Below are positions 26,713-39,354 of a stretch of 64,000 bases of DNA, piece by piece. The first letter of the stretch is position 1, and every line of letters starts with the position of its first letter. This stretch comes from Octopus vulgaris (Eukaryota). The notes beneath the pieces are model-generated. The model searched no databases. It was not told the origin of the DNA and worked only from the letters and a program-made list of their open reading frames with translations. Both the position numbers and the translations under genes were made by a program. The stretch lies in assembly GCA_951406725.2 (NCBI GenBank), contig OX597814.1, positions 145,514,001 through 145,578,000 of the forward strand, given 5' to 3'.

Positions 26713-27917
26713 GCCTTTGCACAGCTTTTAACGCTGGAGGTGTACTACGGTTTCAGCTGTTCGCTAATAGTGAACTAAGGTAACACCTCTTAATTTACGG
26801 GCACCTTTACGGAGTATTCGAACGGTTCCAAGCAGAGCTGTTTTTTACAAGTACTCCACCCTTATTGCAGCTCTTATTTGTTCTTATCAAGATTTTTGCT
26901 CACTGTTCCCAGGGCTCCGACAATTATTGGTACTACCACCATATTTTTCATCGACCACAACTGCTTTTCCTGTCATATCCTGTCATATCTATCGACTTTT
27001 TTATCTTTCTTATCGCATACTTTGTTGCCAGCTGGGCATACTATGTTTATCGGCCGACATAGATTGCTTTCTTTCTCAATTAAGACTACGTCTGGCTTAC
27101 TATTCTTTATTTCATGTTAGCACTGAATCAAAATCCCACAAGAACTTTGCTTTATCATTTTCGATGATGCTTTCGGGTGTATGGTCGTACCAATCTTTAT
27201 GCTCTGTCAAGTCCTTACATGTTGCAAATATCCAATGGACAATCTTTGCTATATTGTCGTGGTATCTCTTATATTACTTCTGGGCTTGTGGCGTACATTG
27301 GCTAGTAATTTGCCATATGGTTTCACCGTTTTGTCCACAGATTCTGCACTTATTACATTCTGATGTGCTATCTATTCTGTAGATTGTTCTTAGTGCTTGC
27401 TCTTGGGCAGCACAGGTTAGAGCCTTCGTTTTCGGTTTTAGATCACTTTTTGTCATCCACAGCCATCTTTTTTCTCTGTCTGTCTTATCTTCAATATCCA
27501 TGTAGTCCCTTCTTGCGTAATACTTCTTTATGTCCTTTTTGTGTTTCTTAGTTTGTTTTCCCTTTCTTCTCTACTCTCAATACTCCCTTGTTCCTAACTA
27601 TCACTAGCAATGTTTCCTTACTTTGGGCTAGGTGTCTCATTAAGCTCTCGGGTTCGATACGTCGGCAGTCTTCCACATTTAACAACCCTCTTCCTCCATT
27701 TGCTCTCTTCATGTATGGGCGATCAGTGTCTGCACGTGAATGACGGGCTCCATGCATCGCTAGGAGTTTTCCTGACTTCCTGTCCATCTCTTTTAGGTCC
27801 TTCCCTGTCCACTTCAGGATTCCAGTGCTATGCCGAACTACTGTCTGCGCGGGCGAAATTGTTTCTGGCATTCAGCTTTGAAGCCAATATTTTTTCTCAC
27901 TAGCCTCACGCATTCAC
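26713..27917 (-). mobile_element. 5'-truncated R4/Dong-like LINE, (ATT)n on both sides
   Basis: KWTGKDLKEMDRK...ADTDRPYMKRANGGRGL; WLWMTKSDLKP..AAQEQALRT; CRICGQNGETIWQITSQC zinc knuckle; KTALLGTVRILR; tracts at 26653-26712 and 27918-28097. Confidence 0.92.
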
Positions 27918-28000
<83 letters not shown>

Positions 28001-28034
28001 CATTATCATTATCATTATCATCATTATCATTATC

Positions 28035-28097
<63 letters not shown>
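27918..28097. repeat. (ATT)n/(ATCATT)n microsatellite
   Basis: Direct reading. Confidence 0.95.
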
Positions 28098-28099
28098 TT

Positions 28100-31050
28100 C
28101 ATCACTTATGTCGATTGTGGAGAAACTACTAACTGTAGTAATTTAGATTTTTCTTTCTTCTAAGAGTTCTTGATATTAGTTCGTAGTAAACGTATTTCTT
28201 TGCCCCAAGTTTCGTAAATATCTCCTTCCAAGTTTAGATACCGCAGAATATTAATATTATCCTTTTCCTCTTTACATAATCTTTTATCCCCAGTTGACAT
28301 TACAGCAATTATCAAACAAATTCCTTTGTCTTTTTCGGCAATAACAACATCAGGGATTCTCTTACGTCACAAGATTGGATGATAAACTTCTGAAGTAGCT
28401 CCCCTACAATAATGGCGCACGCTAGCGATCATATCCTTTCTGTATTTTGCTGATGTTTCTTGCACATCTAACAGTATAAAAACCCTGGAAGTGTTTAGCA
28501 TGATTCTTTGTGTTCCTTTTCAGTTAGTGTACTTCACTCAAAATGCGACTGATTGTTTCTTCCTACAGTCCATCTAGGCAATATCCTGATGACTACGTGT
28601 TTATTGAAATTATATTTCATATAATTAGTTAATAAGGATTACCGTTGCGTTGTACATATTATAGGCTTCATTCTTGACCTGGAGGTATGATCTTCGCATC
28701 ATTCGATTGATGCTTGCTTATCTATTCTACTTTCTAACTCTCTCATAAATTGGCCATACATCAATTTATCCACCCTTTTTCCTTTAGCTTATCATTCTTT
28801 ATTCATAATCATTCCTTCAATTCGACTTTCACACCTTATTCAACTTTCATAGCTTTGATCTAACAATCTTCTCAACGTAGCCATCAATTTTTTTTTTCAT
28901 TTTTTAATACAGTTTTGCAGCAGCTCAAGAAACACCATCCACCTTTGGTTTTGGGAAGAAAATTTTATCCATATCACTTTTTGGATTGCTGTTCGTGTTT
29001 TTGCACACATTTACCTGAGATTTTCTTTGCTTGTGTCAGCTAATTTATAGCTAAATCTTGTTTTTTTTAAGCCTTTCAGTTTGCTTTTAAAAAACAACTT
29101 CAACTCTCTAAAGTATTCTTTTACAGATGCCCTGATTTCAATATGCCCAAATGTTTGTATCCACTGCTCACTTAGTCTTTTATTACCTGTTCATTTTGTA
29201 ACAAAATTCCATCTGATGACAACATACTTTTTGATCATGAAATCCAACCCCATAGCTTTGTTCAATATAGGAATAGTGTGAAGTAATAAAACTTATTGAT
29301 TTTACTCTTTTCATTGAGTTTACGATCTGAACAGCAGATTACTTCTTTTGGATATACTTCTTAAATTATGCCCAATATTAGTTTTTCGTAAAATAGGAGT
29401 TATAGGTATGCGCAAGTATAAGGAACAGTAGTGGTGATGAAGAATATTCTTGGCATCAACGCCACCAATTTATCCGGTGATGTAAATTCAAACTCCCAGT
29501 TTTTAATGTCACACTGAAAGAAGATACTGGCACCATCTGCACTTTAAATAACCTCATGACTTTTATTATCCATGTGTTGGTATCCAAATCAGATACGCTT
29601 GTGTAACCTATCCATGACACTACCAAGCTTGTATATCTTCACTTCACGGCATCACGGTATCAATCAGAGAATCAAATGTTGTTGTACACCGCTGGTCACA
29701 ATGCGTTTAGCAGTGTCTTAGCTTTCGAATGAAGTCATCCCGCTGGCTAGGCGGTCAGGTTGTATCATCGCTTACAAGCTAAAAATATCATAGTCTACTA
29801 GATACTAATCTGTAACTGTTTCCCCTTTTCCAACAACAGATGAGGTAATAAAGATAAGAAATAAGTAATATTATCTACAATATTTCCAGTCAAACGCTTC
29901 CGCATCGAGGAAAAGCATATTACGGCAACTATTGCCGGCAGTATGTTACTTTAAAAGGTCCGTTAACACCAGAGTAGTTTTACCCTCTGTCATCCATGAG
30001 ACCAGCTTTCTCTCACTAGAGATTATTTGAATCAGTTCACAAATATTCTTTTATATATTGATTTGAATTCCATGAATCTTTAGCTTAGAGTGCCATCAGA
30101 GCTCGGGTCTTTCCAATAAGAAATTTACGTAATTGCCACTCCTTATTTATCATCATTATAGAATATACATTTTCCTATTTAGTGATTTTATTTTTATTGT
30201 CTATCTCTGTCATTCATCATTCAGCTTCAAAATTATGGATTTCTTCACTAAATTTCTTTCTAAAGCTAATTAATTTTTTCTTCTGCGTATTTGATAGTCC
30301 CTGTTCTTGACTTTCATTTCTAGTCAACTTATTGTGTCCCGATTTCTGATCCACACTGTATTTACTATTTCAGTATTTTCATTGATCTTTCCTTTTTGGC
30401 CGAAACCCTCTATTTCAACTTCTTTAATACAATAGTTATAACTTTCAATTTTATCTTCTGCTTCTTTTCCAAATCAGCATTCCCTTCGGATTCAGTTAAC
30501 CTTTTCCTCTGTTTCCAATAAATTTACATCAGAGCTCTATATTTTTATAAACCCCTATATTATCCTTTATAAGCATTGTCTTAGCGTTCCTTCCTGCCTA
30601 AGGTGTATTTCAATCCTAATTTAATGGTCACATATGTATTAGCTGCTTTTGCCAAATTATTAATTTCAGCTATATTTCTAGTAGCTATAAGATGGGTAAT
30701 TCCATTTACTATTTTGCTATATCTTCTAGTTTGGCTATATCACCTATTTTATACGCTTTTCTGCAACCAAAGTCTTTCTTTGCTATAATTTGAACAATTT
30801 CCCTATACATTTCTCCTTCACCTAATCCTTTACAATCATTACACAATGTGTTTCCTCCTTCTTGCACCTCTATAACAGATTCAACCAGTTCATTTCCTTG
30901 AAAATTATCTACATGCCATTCCATTCAGCTGGACCTTATATATCATCTAAGTACACTTGTGAAATTTTCTGCTTAATTGCTTCAAGTTCCAATTCAGTAA
31001 ACCTCCCATTTTCCTTATTGCCCTGCTCTGGTCACAAATTCTTTGCTAGC
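28100..31050 (-). mobile_element. Old, long, interrupted R4/Dong-like LINE (N-terminal domain to REL)
   Basis: QRICDQSRAIRK..FTELELEAIKQ (~31040); PKSDMDKIFFPK (~28980); DKLMYGQFMRE (~28770); RIPDVVIAEKDKGICLII (~28360). About 29400-30100 looks like inserted or unrelated DNA. Confidence 0.7.
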
Positions 31051-31427
31051 TAATATCGAACAAATCCCCATCTTATTGTTATGAGTAGAATCGATGGAGT
31101 GTTGGCAAAAAGCCTTGTGATATTTGTTCAGGTACTTAACATTCTAGTTCGAAACCCGCTATGGTGAACATCACCTTTACTATCTCCAGGCCCAATAACA
31201 CCAAGATCGATTACATCGACTAACCTTTCTCCTAAAACGATTCTGGCCTAAATTTAAATAAATCAAACTGTCCTCATCCCAATAACCCATCATAATTATC
31301 GCATCATCTTCATCACCCTCGTCGTCGTCGCCATCATAATCAGAATAGCTGTCAAGAGTTGTGGTCAATTTTACAAACTAGACCCATTCCGTTAAAAATT
31401 GCTGTCCTCTTATAACAAAATTGAAAC

Positions 31428-31465
31428 TATTATCATCATCATCATCATCATCATCATCATCGTCA

Positions 31466-31526
<61 letters not shown>

Positions 31527-31584
31527 CATCATCATCTTAATCATCATCATTATCATTATCATCATCATCATCATTATTATTATT
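31428..31584. repeat. (ATC)n/(ATT)n microsatellite
   Basis: Direct reading. Confidence 0.95.
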
Positions 31585-31767
31585 AAGGCAGCCTGCTGGC
31601 AGAATGATTGGAACACTGGGAAAAATGCTTAGCGGCATTCCGTCTGTCTTTACGTTCTGTGTTCAAATTCCACCGAGGTCAACTTTGCATTTCATCCTCT
31701 TGGAGTCGATAAATTAAGTGCTAGTAAAACGCCGGGGTCGATGTAATCGAATACTCCACATTCCCAA
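31585..31767 (+). mobile_element. SINE family A head and body, joined to a Tx1-like LINE
   Basis: aaggcagcctgctggcagaatg...gttcaaattccaccgaggtcaac...ggggtcgatgtaatcga. Confidence 0.85.
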
Positions 31768-33537
31768 CTAGAGTGAGTATTCTGTAGAGCTGCAGATAAG
31801 GATAGCATAGGCTCTCCACAGTTCGTGATTTGTACTGTCGACTAAGATACGTTTCATAGACAGGGACCCTGTTACTGGAAGCTGAATATGTCGTTCCCGG
31901 CGAGTAAAAATTTCAGAGACCGGATTAGTGAACTAGATAAGACGGCATTAATGGGGGCAATAATTAACAATAAATGGCGGAACGCCTTAAAAAGGGCGAT
32001 TAGAATAGAATGGATAAGGTTTAGCAAATGACTAGCAGTAGAAAGGAAGAGAGTAGAGGCAGAATTAGTCAAGAAATTAGACGAGGCTTTTAGAAAAGGC
32101 ATCGCGACCGATGTGCTCGCAGCAAGATTGATACTCGGCCAGTTCTTTAACGCGGAACACGAAAGTTGCGTAGTCAGAGCTAAGGTACGAGCACTTAGAC
32201 ATGACGAGACAAAGCCATCCAATGGGCCCGAATGGTAGAGGAACGGCGTGACAGTAAATACACGGTCCGATCCTTGCTGGACGACGACGGGCAAATGATA
32301 ATTGATCCGAGACAGATGTGTGTAACCTTTGAGCGGTGCTTCGCTCAACTGTTTGGGAGCAGCCGTAGGATGGATTTTGCGCCCTACCTCGACGGGCGGC
32401 CGCGGCTCTCAGTGATAGAGGTGAAGCGCTGCGAAAGGCCAACAAAAGGTTTTGAAATATGGGAAGCAATGTCACAAGGGGTAAATCACCTCATTTGGAT
32501 GGTCTGCCCTACGAGCTTTACGCTTCCGTGCCAGACTTGTTCGGCGACCACTTAGCATAAGTCAACTGCAACTGGCTATAAAATGGAAGAATTCCCCAGT
32601 TTTGTGAACCGAGGAGCAGTGGTGTTTCTGAGAAAAGACCCGAAAAAGGGGGATTATATTGACAACTTTAGGCCCATAACTCTGCTGATTGTAGAATTCA
32701 AAATTTTGGCCAAGGTGTTGACTACGAGTTTGGCGCTTGTCGTCAGGAATCTGGTAGGGGAAGCACAGACACGTGCCATCCCGAAAAGAATCATCTACGA
32801 CAACCTCCACCTCTGGAGCCTTGATCAATTTAGATCAATTTGGATCAGTCGACCACCTATATTGAAATGCTGGTCCTCAAGAAAGCTGGTTTCGGGCCTG
32901 TATTCAGCGGCTGGATCACTGGAATGCACAGCGAGATCTGTTCAGTGGTCAGAGTGAACGGTCACTTCTCGGAGCCGTTCAACATCATGCGTTCAGTCCG
33001 GCAAGTTTACCTCTCTCGTCTATCTTGTATATACTGACTGTCAATCCACTACTACACAAACTAGAGACGTTGAGAGGCATACCGCGTGACCTAAGATGTA
33101 GGAGATACGTGTCAGCTTATGCGAACAACGCGCCACCCAAGTGGGGCAGGATAAGAAACACATAGAAATTATCGGCACCGCTCTCCGGGACTACAAGGCG
33201 GTTTCAGGAGCGACTATTAACCAGGAAAAACCACTGAGCTTGCGACTCAGCACCTGGAGAAGTAAGTCCATGCCATCCAACTGTGTCGTTGGGCGCTGGG
33301 CGGACGGGTTTAATTGCTTCGGGTCTGGATCAGTTCAGACCTCCAAATGGATAAAACCTGGGACGAGGTAACGAGCAGGGTGACTGCTCTCACCCAGAAA
33401 TGGGCCAGGAGAAAGCTATCCATGAAAAGTCGGGCAGAGGTGGCTAACGTGTATATCGCGTCCGTCATCTACTATCGCATGAGCGTCATGCTTTGTCATG
33501 GCCACCATCTGATAACGCAGGAGCATATACTCTTCTG
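31768..33537 (+). mobile_element. Tx1/L1-clade LINE ORF2 pseudogene (end of endonuclease through RT)
   Basis: GPCYWKLNMS; LDGLPYELY; LRKDPKKGDYIDNFRPITLLIVEFKILAKVL; KKAGFGPVFSGWI; KWARRKLSMKSRAEVANVYIASVIYY; many stops and frameshifts. Confidence 0.9.
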
Positions 33538-34410
33538 TTGTTGGTTTCACAGTGGAACTGACCATGTAATTCCATGCGGATTAGGGTTTCTTCACTTCCG
33601 TTGGCTATTCTTGAATGGAATTCATGGGCACTCTCAAGTCCATGTTTGTTAAATCCCTCTGCATTAGCAGCATACTGTAGTAGGTCTTGTTTGCTGTTTA
33701 CCAAATATTCTGTTTCTTCTTTCACCGTTGATGCACTCCCGTACGCTAATCAGCCCATGTCCAACTTAATCCCTCTTTATGTAGAACCTGTGTACATTCG
33801 CCTTAGAGTGGAGGGTCCCATACATTGTCGTTGTCTTTCGGGTAGTGCGGTCAAGTTGGTTAATCTCCGCTTGTGTCCATTTCAGGATAGGTGCACTATA
33901 GCGGACTACAGCAACCGCGCATATGTTGATGGTGGCAGTCACAAGTTTCCTTGAGTTAAGTTTTGATTTCAAGAGAAGTTTAAGGCCTTTGAAATATGCA
34001 GCGATGAGTTTGTCTTTCATTTATTTATGCAAGATATTGTCCAGCTCCAGGATCCCAAGGTACTTGTATCCATAGTCATCCGGGTCTTCCATTCTCTCTC
34101 CGTTTGGCATTTCTATGCTCCAACGATTTACTCTTGTCCCCCGCTACTAAGAACTGCACACTTCGAGGTACCAAATTCCATCCCTATGTTCTTGCTGCAT
34201 ATTCGCAAAGTCTCAACCAGCCTCTCCATTTCAGGCTCTATTTTTGCGAACAGTTTTAAATCATCCATCAATGAACAGAAGGTGGTTGAGATGAAGTCCA
34301 TTCTTTCTCAGTTCATAGGGTGCGTTGAACTACAGAACTACAGAAAGTAGGATCAAGAATATAAAAAATAACAGAGGTGAAAAAGAGTCTCCTTGGGAGA
34401 TACTTCTTTT
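33538..34410 (-). mobile_element. R4/Dong-like LINE RT fragment
   Basis: ISQGDSFSPLLF; LNHLLFIDDLKLFAK; GYKYLGIL; LLKSKLNSRKL..VVRYSAPILKWTQAEINQLDRTTRK; ELHGQF. Confidence 0.9.
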
Positions 34411-34459
34411 GACTGTTACCTCGCTGATGTTACAGTGCTGATGTTACAGGAAAGACGTA

Positions 34460-34635
<176 letters not shown>

Positions 34636-34870
34636 TATGTTTGATTTTTGCTTTGTATTTGTACAAGTTGACTCCAAGTCTCAGCCAGAAACCTCAAGAG
34701 ACAAGTTAAAAGTTCAAGTCGGTATTTTATCTAGAGTGTAATATATTTGGTTTTGCACATGTCCCAAGCAATGTTGATTTTTGTAGGTGCTGGTAGTTGC
34801 ATAGTGATACTTCCAACTGCACCAATTAATATTGGTATTAAGGATACTTTCTTTAGTGACCACAGCCTTC
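34636..34870 (-). mobile_element. Short R4/Dong-like 3' end between ATT tracts
   Basis: RLWSLKKVSLIPILIGAVGSIT...LQKSTLLGTC. Confidence 0.75.
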
Positions 34871-34896
34871 AGTTACTATCATCCTCAACATCATCA

Positions 34897-34943
<47 letters not shown>

Positions 34944-35433
34944 AGTAGTAGTAGTATCTTTATTATTATTATTTGGTTTAGCATTTTTTCTTTTTGATAT
35001 TAAGTATTAAGACTGAACAAAAGGCTTTTGATGTAAGGTACCTTTCTAAGAATATGAGCAATTCTAAGAATGAAATAGGTTTGAAGCATTTGCATGTCAT
35101 TTTGATGTCCAAGGATTCCATGTCGCGTGACAGATTTTCGGTTTTGTTTTTATATATAACAGAATGTACCATTGATAATTGACACAGCTTTTACTTTTAC
35201 TGTTAAATGCACAATGAAGTCGATGGACTTGCTAAAACCCAAATTTTCTTCAAAACACGCACATCTCTGAATTGAAATAGCACGTAATGTACAATGAATG
35301 CTTAACGTTTAAGAAAATTAGAAACTAATTAGATTTCACTTTTCTCGACTGCAGGGTGACAAAGCCAGCGGTGTAAACACTGTATTTACGATTCAAAGCT
35401 AAATTTGAACGTTCACGAAATCAACAACATGAA

Positions 35434-35600
35434 TGAGCACAGGCATTGCTGTGTGGTTAGGAAACTCGCTTGGTAACAACGTGGTTTCCGATTCTGTGTC
35501 CTTGCGCGACACATTGGGGAAGAAACTTTTATTATAGCTGCGGATCGACCAATGCTTTGTGGGTGAATATATCAGACGGAACTGTGCAGAAGCCCGACCG
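35434..35600 (+). mobile_element. SINE family C, 5' half
   Basis: gcacaggcattgctgtgtggttaggaaactcgc...gaccaatgctttgtgggtgaat...agacggaactgtgcagaagcccg. Confidence 0.7.
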
Positions 35601-35631
35601 CACTCGAATAACTGAATCAAATAAAACAATA

Positions 35632-35675
<44 letters not shown>

Positions 35676-35683
35676 TATATATA

Positions 35684-35724
<41 letters not shown>

Positions 35725-35914
35725 TAATTAGGGTTCAGCAACGATTTGCCTCACCACATGCTGAAGTTTAGAAATAGCAGTCAAAATCTTGGCTATTCTT
35801 TCTACTTTAAAGGGAGATCCCAGAGAAACCAAAACACTCAAAAGCAAACCATGCAGGTAGAAGGGAAATTACTGATTACTTCGTAAGTAACTAATTTCAC
35901 CCTTTGTTATTATG

Positions 35915-35985
<71 letters not shown>

Positions 35986-36037
35986 ATAAACAAACGAGAC
36001 AAGCAACAAAAAGAACAATCCCGTTATTAGTTGTCCC

Positions 36038-36095
36038 CTGTTTTATCCACTCCGCATTTCGAACGTTAGGACAAGATGCGTCTTCGTCAAAACAG
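36038..36095 (-). ncRNA. Degenerate type I hammerhead ribozyme (probable Penelope-like LTR remnant)
   Basis: ctgttt-(C missing)TGACGA-agacg..cgttc-GAAA-tgcggagtgg-ATA-aaacag; stem I 6 bp perfect, stems II and III one mismatch each. Confidence 0.55.
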
Positions 36096-36529
36096 TCGTT
36101 CTCGCAAAGCAAATTAAATAAAATTTGGGATTTGCGGAGGGTTAAATTGGTAACAAAAACAGGGCAGTTAAAACAAACGGAAAGGGCCGTTGAGCTATAA
36201 GGAGGTGAAGTGGTTAACGCTGGAGAAACAAGATTTGACATGCAAAATTGTGTGTTGCCTCTTGTAGCATAAGGAGGAGAAAGAAAGATAGCCGCTTGTC
36301 ACGTGTGAGCAATGAGAGAGTGAAGGAGGAAGAGTGAGGAAGTGTGAGAAAGAGGGAGTTAGAAGTAGAGAAAGGGTGGGAGAGAAAAAGGAAGAAGAAG
36401 AGAGGGAGAATAGAGATAGTGATAAGTTGTAATAGAAGTGTCGCATCGGAATTATTAAGATATATATACATATACATTTACATATACATATACATGACGG
36501 GTTTTTTTTGTTTATAATATAGTATAATA

Positions 36530-36705
36530 AAGCTATGAGCTGGCAGAATATTTAGGGTTCCGAGTAAATGCTTAGCGGCATCGGGTCCTCCTTTACGTTC
36601 AAAGTTAAAATTATGTCGACTTAGTCTTCCATCTTTTCGGAGTGGATAAAGTAAATACCAGTTGAACACTGTGGTCGATGTAATCGACTTACCCCTCCTC
36701 TAAAG
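36530..36705 (+). mobile_element. SINE family A
   Basis: tgagctggcagaatatttag...aaatgcttagcggcat...ccagttgaacactgtggtcgatgtaatcgactt. Confidence 0.8.
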
Positions 36706-36724
36706 TTGTGCATATATAGCATAA

Positions 36725-36864
36725 CATAAATTTCTCTCTACCAACTCCATTCACATAGATTTGGTCATTTCGGGGCTAAGAAACCTGCCCAAACTGCCAC
36801 GCAATGAAACTAACACGGAATCCTTTGCTTGAGAAACGCACTTCTCATCTCACAGTAACGCCCG

Positions 36865-36865
<1 letters not shown>
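36725..36865 (-). mobile_element. SINE family C head, degenerate
   Basis: Minus strand gcgttactgtgagatgagaagtgc...cattgcgtggcagtttgggcagg. Confidence 0.55.
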
Positions 36866-36933
<68 letters not shown>

Positions 36934-37567
36934 CTATCTGTCTGTCTATCTATCTATTTGTCCTTCTATCTGTCAATCTATATACTGGGCCATCTAATTT
37001 TGGTCACAGCAGGAGTTAGAAAATATGATATAGTGATATGGTGATGCCTGTTGCATCCACTGATGACCTACATTAATGATTCACTTTTTGAATGTGCTTC
37101 TGATGGATCAGGGTTGACTTGGGAATTAACAACAAGAGCAACTACATCCATAATATCCGTTAATGCCGATAATAATCCAATTACCAATTAATGTCACGTT
37201 TCCTTATCAACAACCCCATCACACAAAGCCTAGCCATTCTCACCATTGCTAACTAATATTTTTTCCACTTATTCCAAAACACAGCCCGAGCAGCAACATC
37301 AGCGCATGCAGCAGGAAGAGCAACAACGCTTGTACAGACTTGCTATAGCATCATCATCATCATCAGAAAAAGCAGCAGTAGCAGCAGCAGCAGCAGCAAA
37401 ATAAGGAGTCGGGAATAAAATAATATCAAATGTAATAGAAATAATGCTTACTGCTTCTACTGCAAATAATAAAATAATAATATCGTAATTCCTTCTCTTG
37501 TTACTTCTGATTGAAGTCATGCGGAAAGCTCACAGTCCTGGCATACTACTAGGGAAACAACAGCACA

Positions 37568-37601
37568 AACCACCACCACCACCACCACCACCACCACCAC
37601 C

Positions 37602-37670
<69 letters not shown>
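37568..37670. repeat. (CCA)n(CTA)n microsatellite
   Basis: Direct reading. Confidence 0.95.
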
Positions 37671-37672
<2 letters not shown>

Positions 37673-38612
37673 ATGAATGAAACTGTGTCTCTGTTGACAG
37701 GTGTTATTAAACCACCCGGTCTGCTATCTGGTGGTTTACAGAAATAACCCAGTGTTAAACGTGGTGAGGTCACAGCATTCGTATGGTGCAATATGTCGTT
37801 GCCCCTTCTGTTCAGTTTGTGGCTAGTATTTCAGGGCCCAGTATGCGGTTCTTGCTTTCAAACCGAGTTATTTGCATGCGTCTTTATGAAGCTTTTCAGA
37901 AGCCTATTTGTGACATAAGCCAACATAAAATGCCGAAAGCATGGAATAAAAACAAAATCCATTGCGTGAAAAATCTATTATTTCTACTCCACAACTCGCA
38001 CATCTGAATTTCAGAAACAACGTCTTTCCATTAAATCTTTTTTTCCTTATTTCCATTAAGTCCATCTGCAGCCTCTAATGTTTCCCAACTCACTCAATCA
38101 TCAGAAGGCTTTTTGAATACTATACTTATTGCGTTGATCCACCTTATGCCTTTCTCTCTTAGTGATATTTTTTTTTTTTTTTTTTTTTTTTAATTTTCTC
38201 CTAACGGACAGCAACACATTGCCCGTCCTTGTTTATCTTCAACTCTAGTTGAAAATTCATCACCCTCTGTCGGCGATATGTTTTGTTACGTGTGAGTTCC
38301 CAAGATGACTGAAATTAGTTGACTCAGGACTTCAATAATGGCAGCATATAGGGAACTAACGTCATCTTCTCCATATAAATTAAGCTAAATCTCTTTTTCT
38401 TGTTTACTCCGTAAGAACGGTCCTGTTTTCGGATATGTTGAAATTTCTACATTGTAACATTCCTCTCTCTCTCACGCTCTCCTCCTATAGTGATCTGTTG
38501 TTTTCTCTCTCTCTCTACCTCAGTTATATTCTCGTTGTTGGTTTTTTACCCCTCCTAACACACAGTAACACACTTACCCATTCAGGAGGGCTTCAATGTA
38601 TATATATAACAC

Positions 38613-39354
38613 GTAAGGTTGTGAGCTGGCAGAAACGTTAGCACACCGGGCGAAATGCGTACCCGTATTTCGTCTGCCGTTACGTCCTGAGTTCAAATTC
38701 CGCTGAGGACGACTTTGCCTTTCATCCGTTCGGGGTCGATTAAATAAGTATCAGTTACGCACTGGAGTCGATGTAATCGACTTAATCCGTTTGTCTGTCC
38801 TTGTTTGTCCCCTCTGTGTTTAGCCCCTTGTGGGTAGTAAAGAAATAGTTATTTTGTCTGTCGCTACGTTCTGAAAGAAATAGATATTTCGTCTGCCGTT
38901 ACGTTCTGAGTTCAAATTCCGCTGAGGACGACTTTGCCTTTCATCCGTTCGGAGTCGATTAAATAAGTATCAGTTACGCACTGGAGTCGATGTAATCGAC
39001 TTAATCCGTTTGTCTGTCCTTGTTTGTCCCCTCTGTGTTTAGCCCCTTGTGGGTAGTAAAGAAATAGTTATTTTGTCTGTCGCTACGTTCTGAAAGAAAT
39101 AGGTATTTCGTCTGCCGTTACGTTCTGAGTGCAAATTCCGCCAAGGTCGACTTTGCCTTTCATCCTTTCGGGGTCGATAAACTAAGTACCAGTTACGCAC
39201 TGGGGTCGGTATAATCCTTGTTTGTCCTCTCTGTTTGTAGCCCCTTGTGGGTAGTAAAGAAATAGGTAGTTCGTCTGCCGTTACGTTCTGAGTCCAAATA
39301 CCGCTGAGGTCGACTTTGCTTTTCATCCTTTCGGGGTCGATAAATTAAGTACCA
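38613..39354 (+). mobile_element. Tandem array of SINE A tail-B units: one head, four bodies
   Basis: B-box starts at 38691, 38910, 39129 and 39292 (periods 219, 219, 163 bp). Confidence 0.95.

Noticed and set aside
37708-37738. Hairpin taaaccacc/ggtggttta
   Set aside because: A single 9-bp stem without diagnostic context; no function can be assigned.
38665-39354. CRISPR-like regular array
   Set aside because: Units are 163-219 bp SINE bodies with no unique spacers and no cas genes; eukaryotic context.
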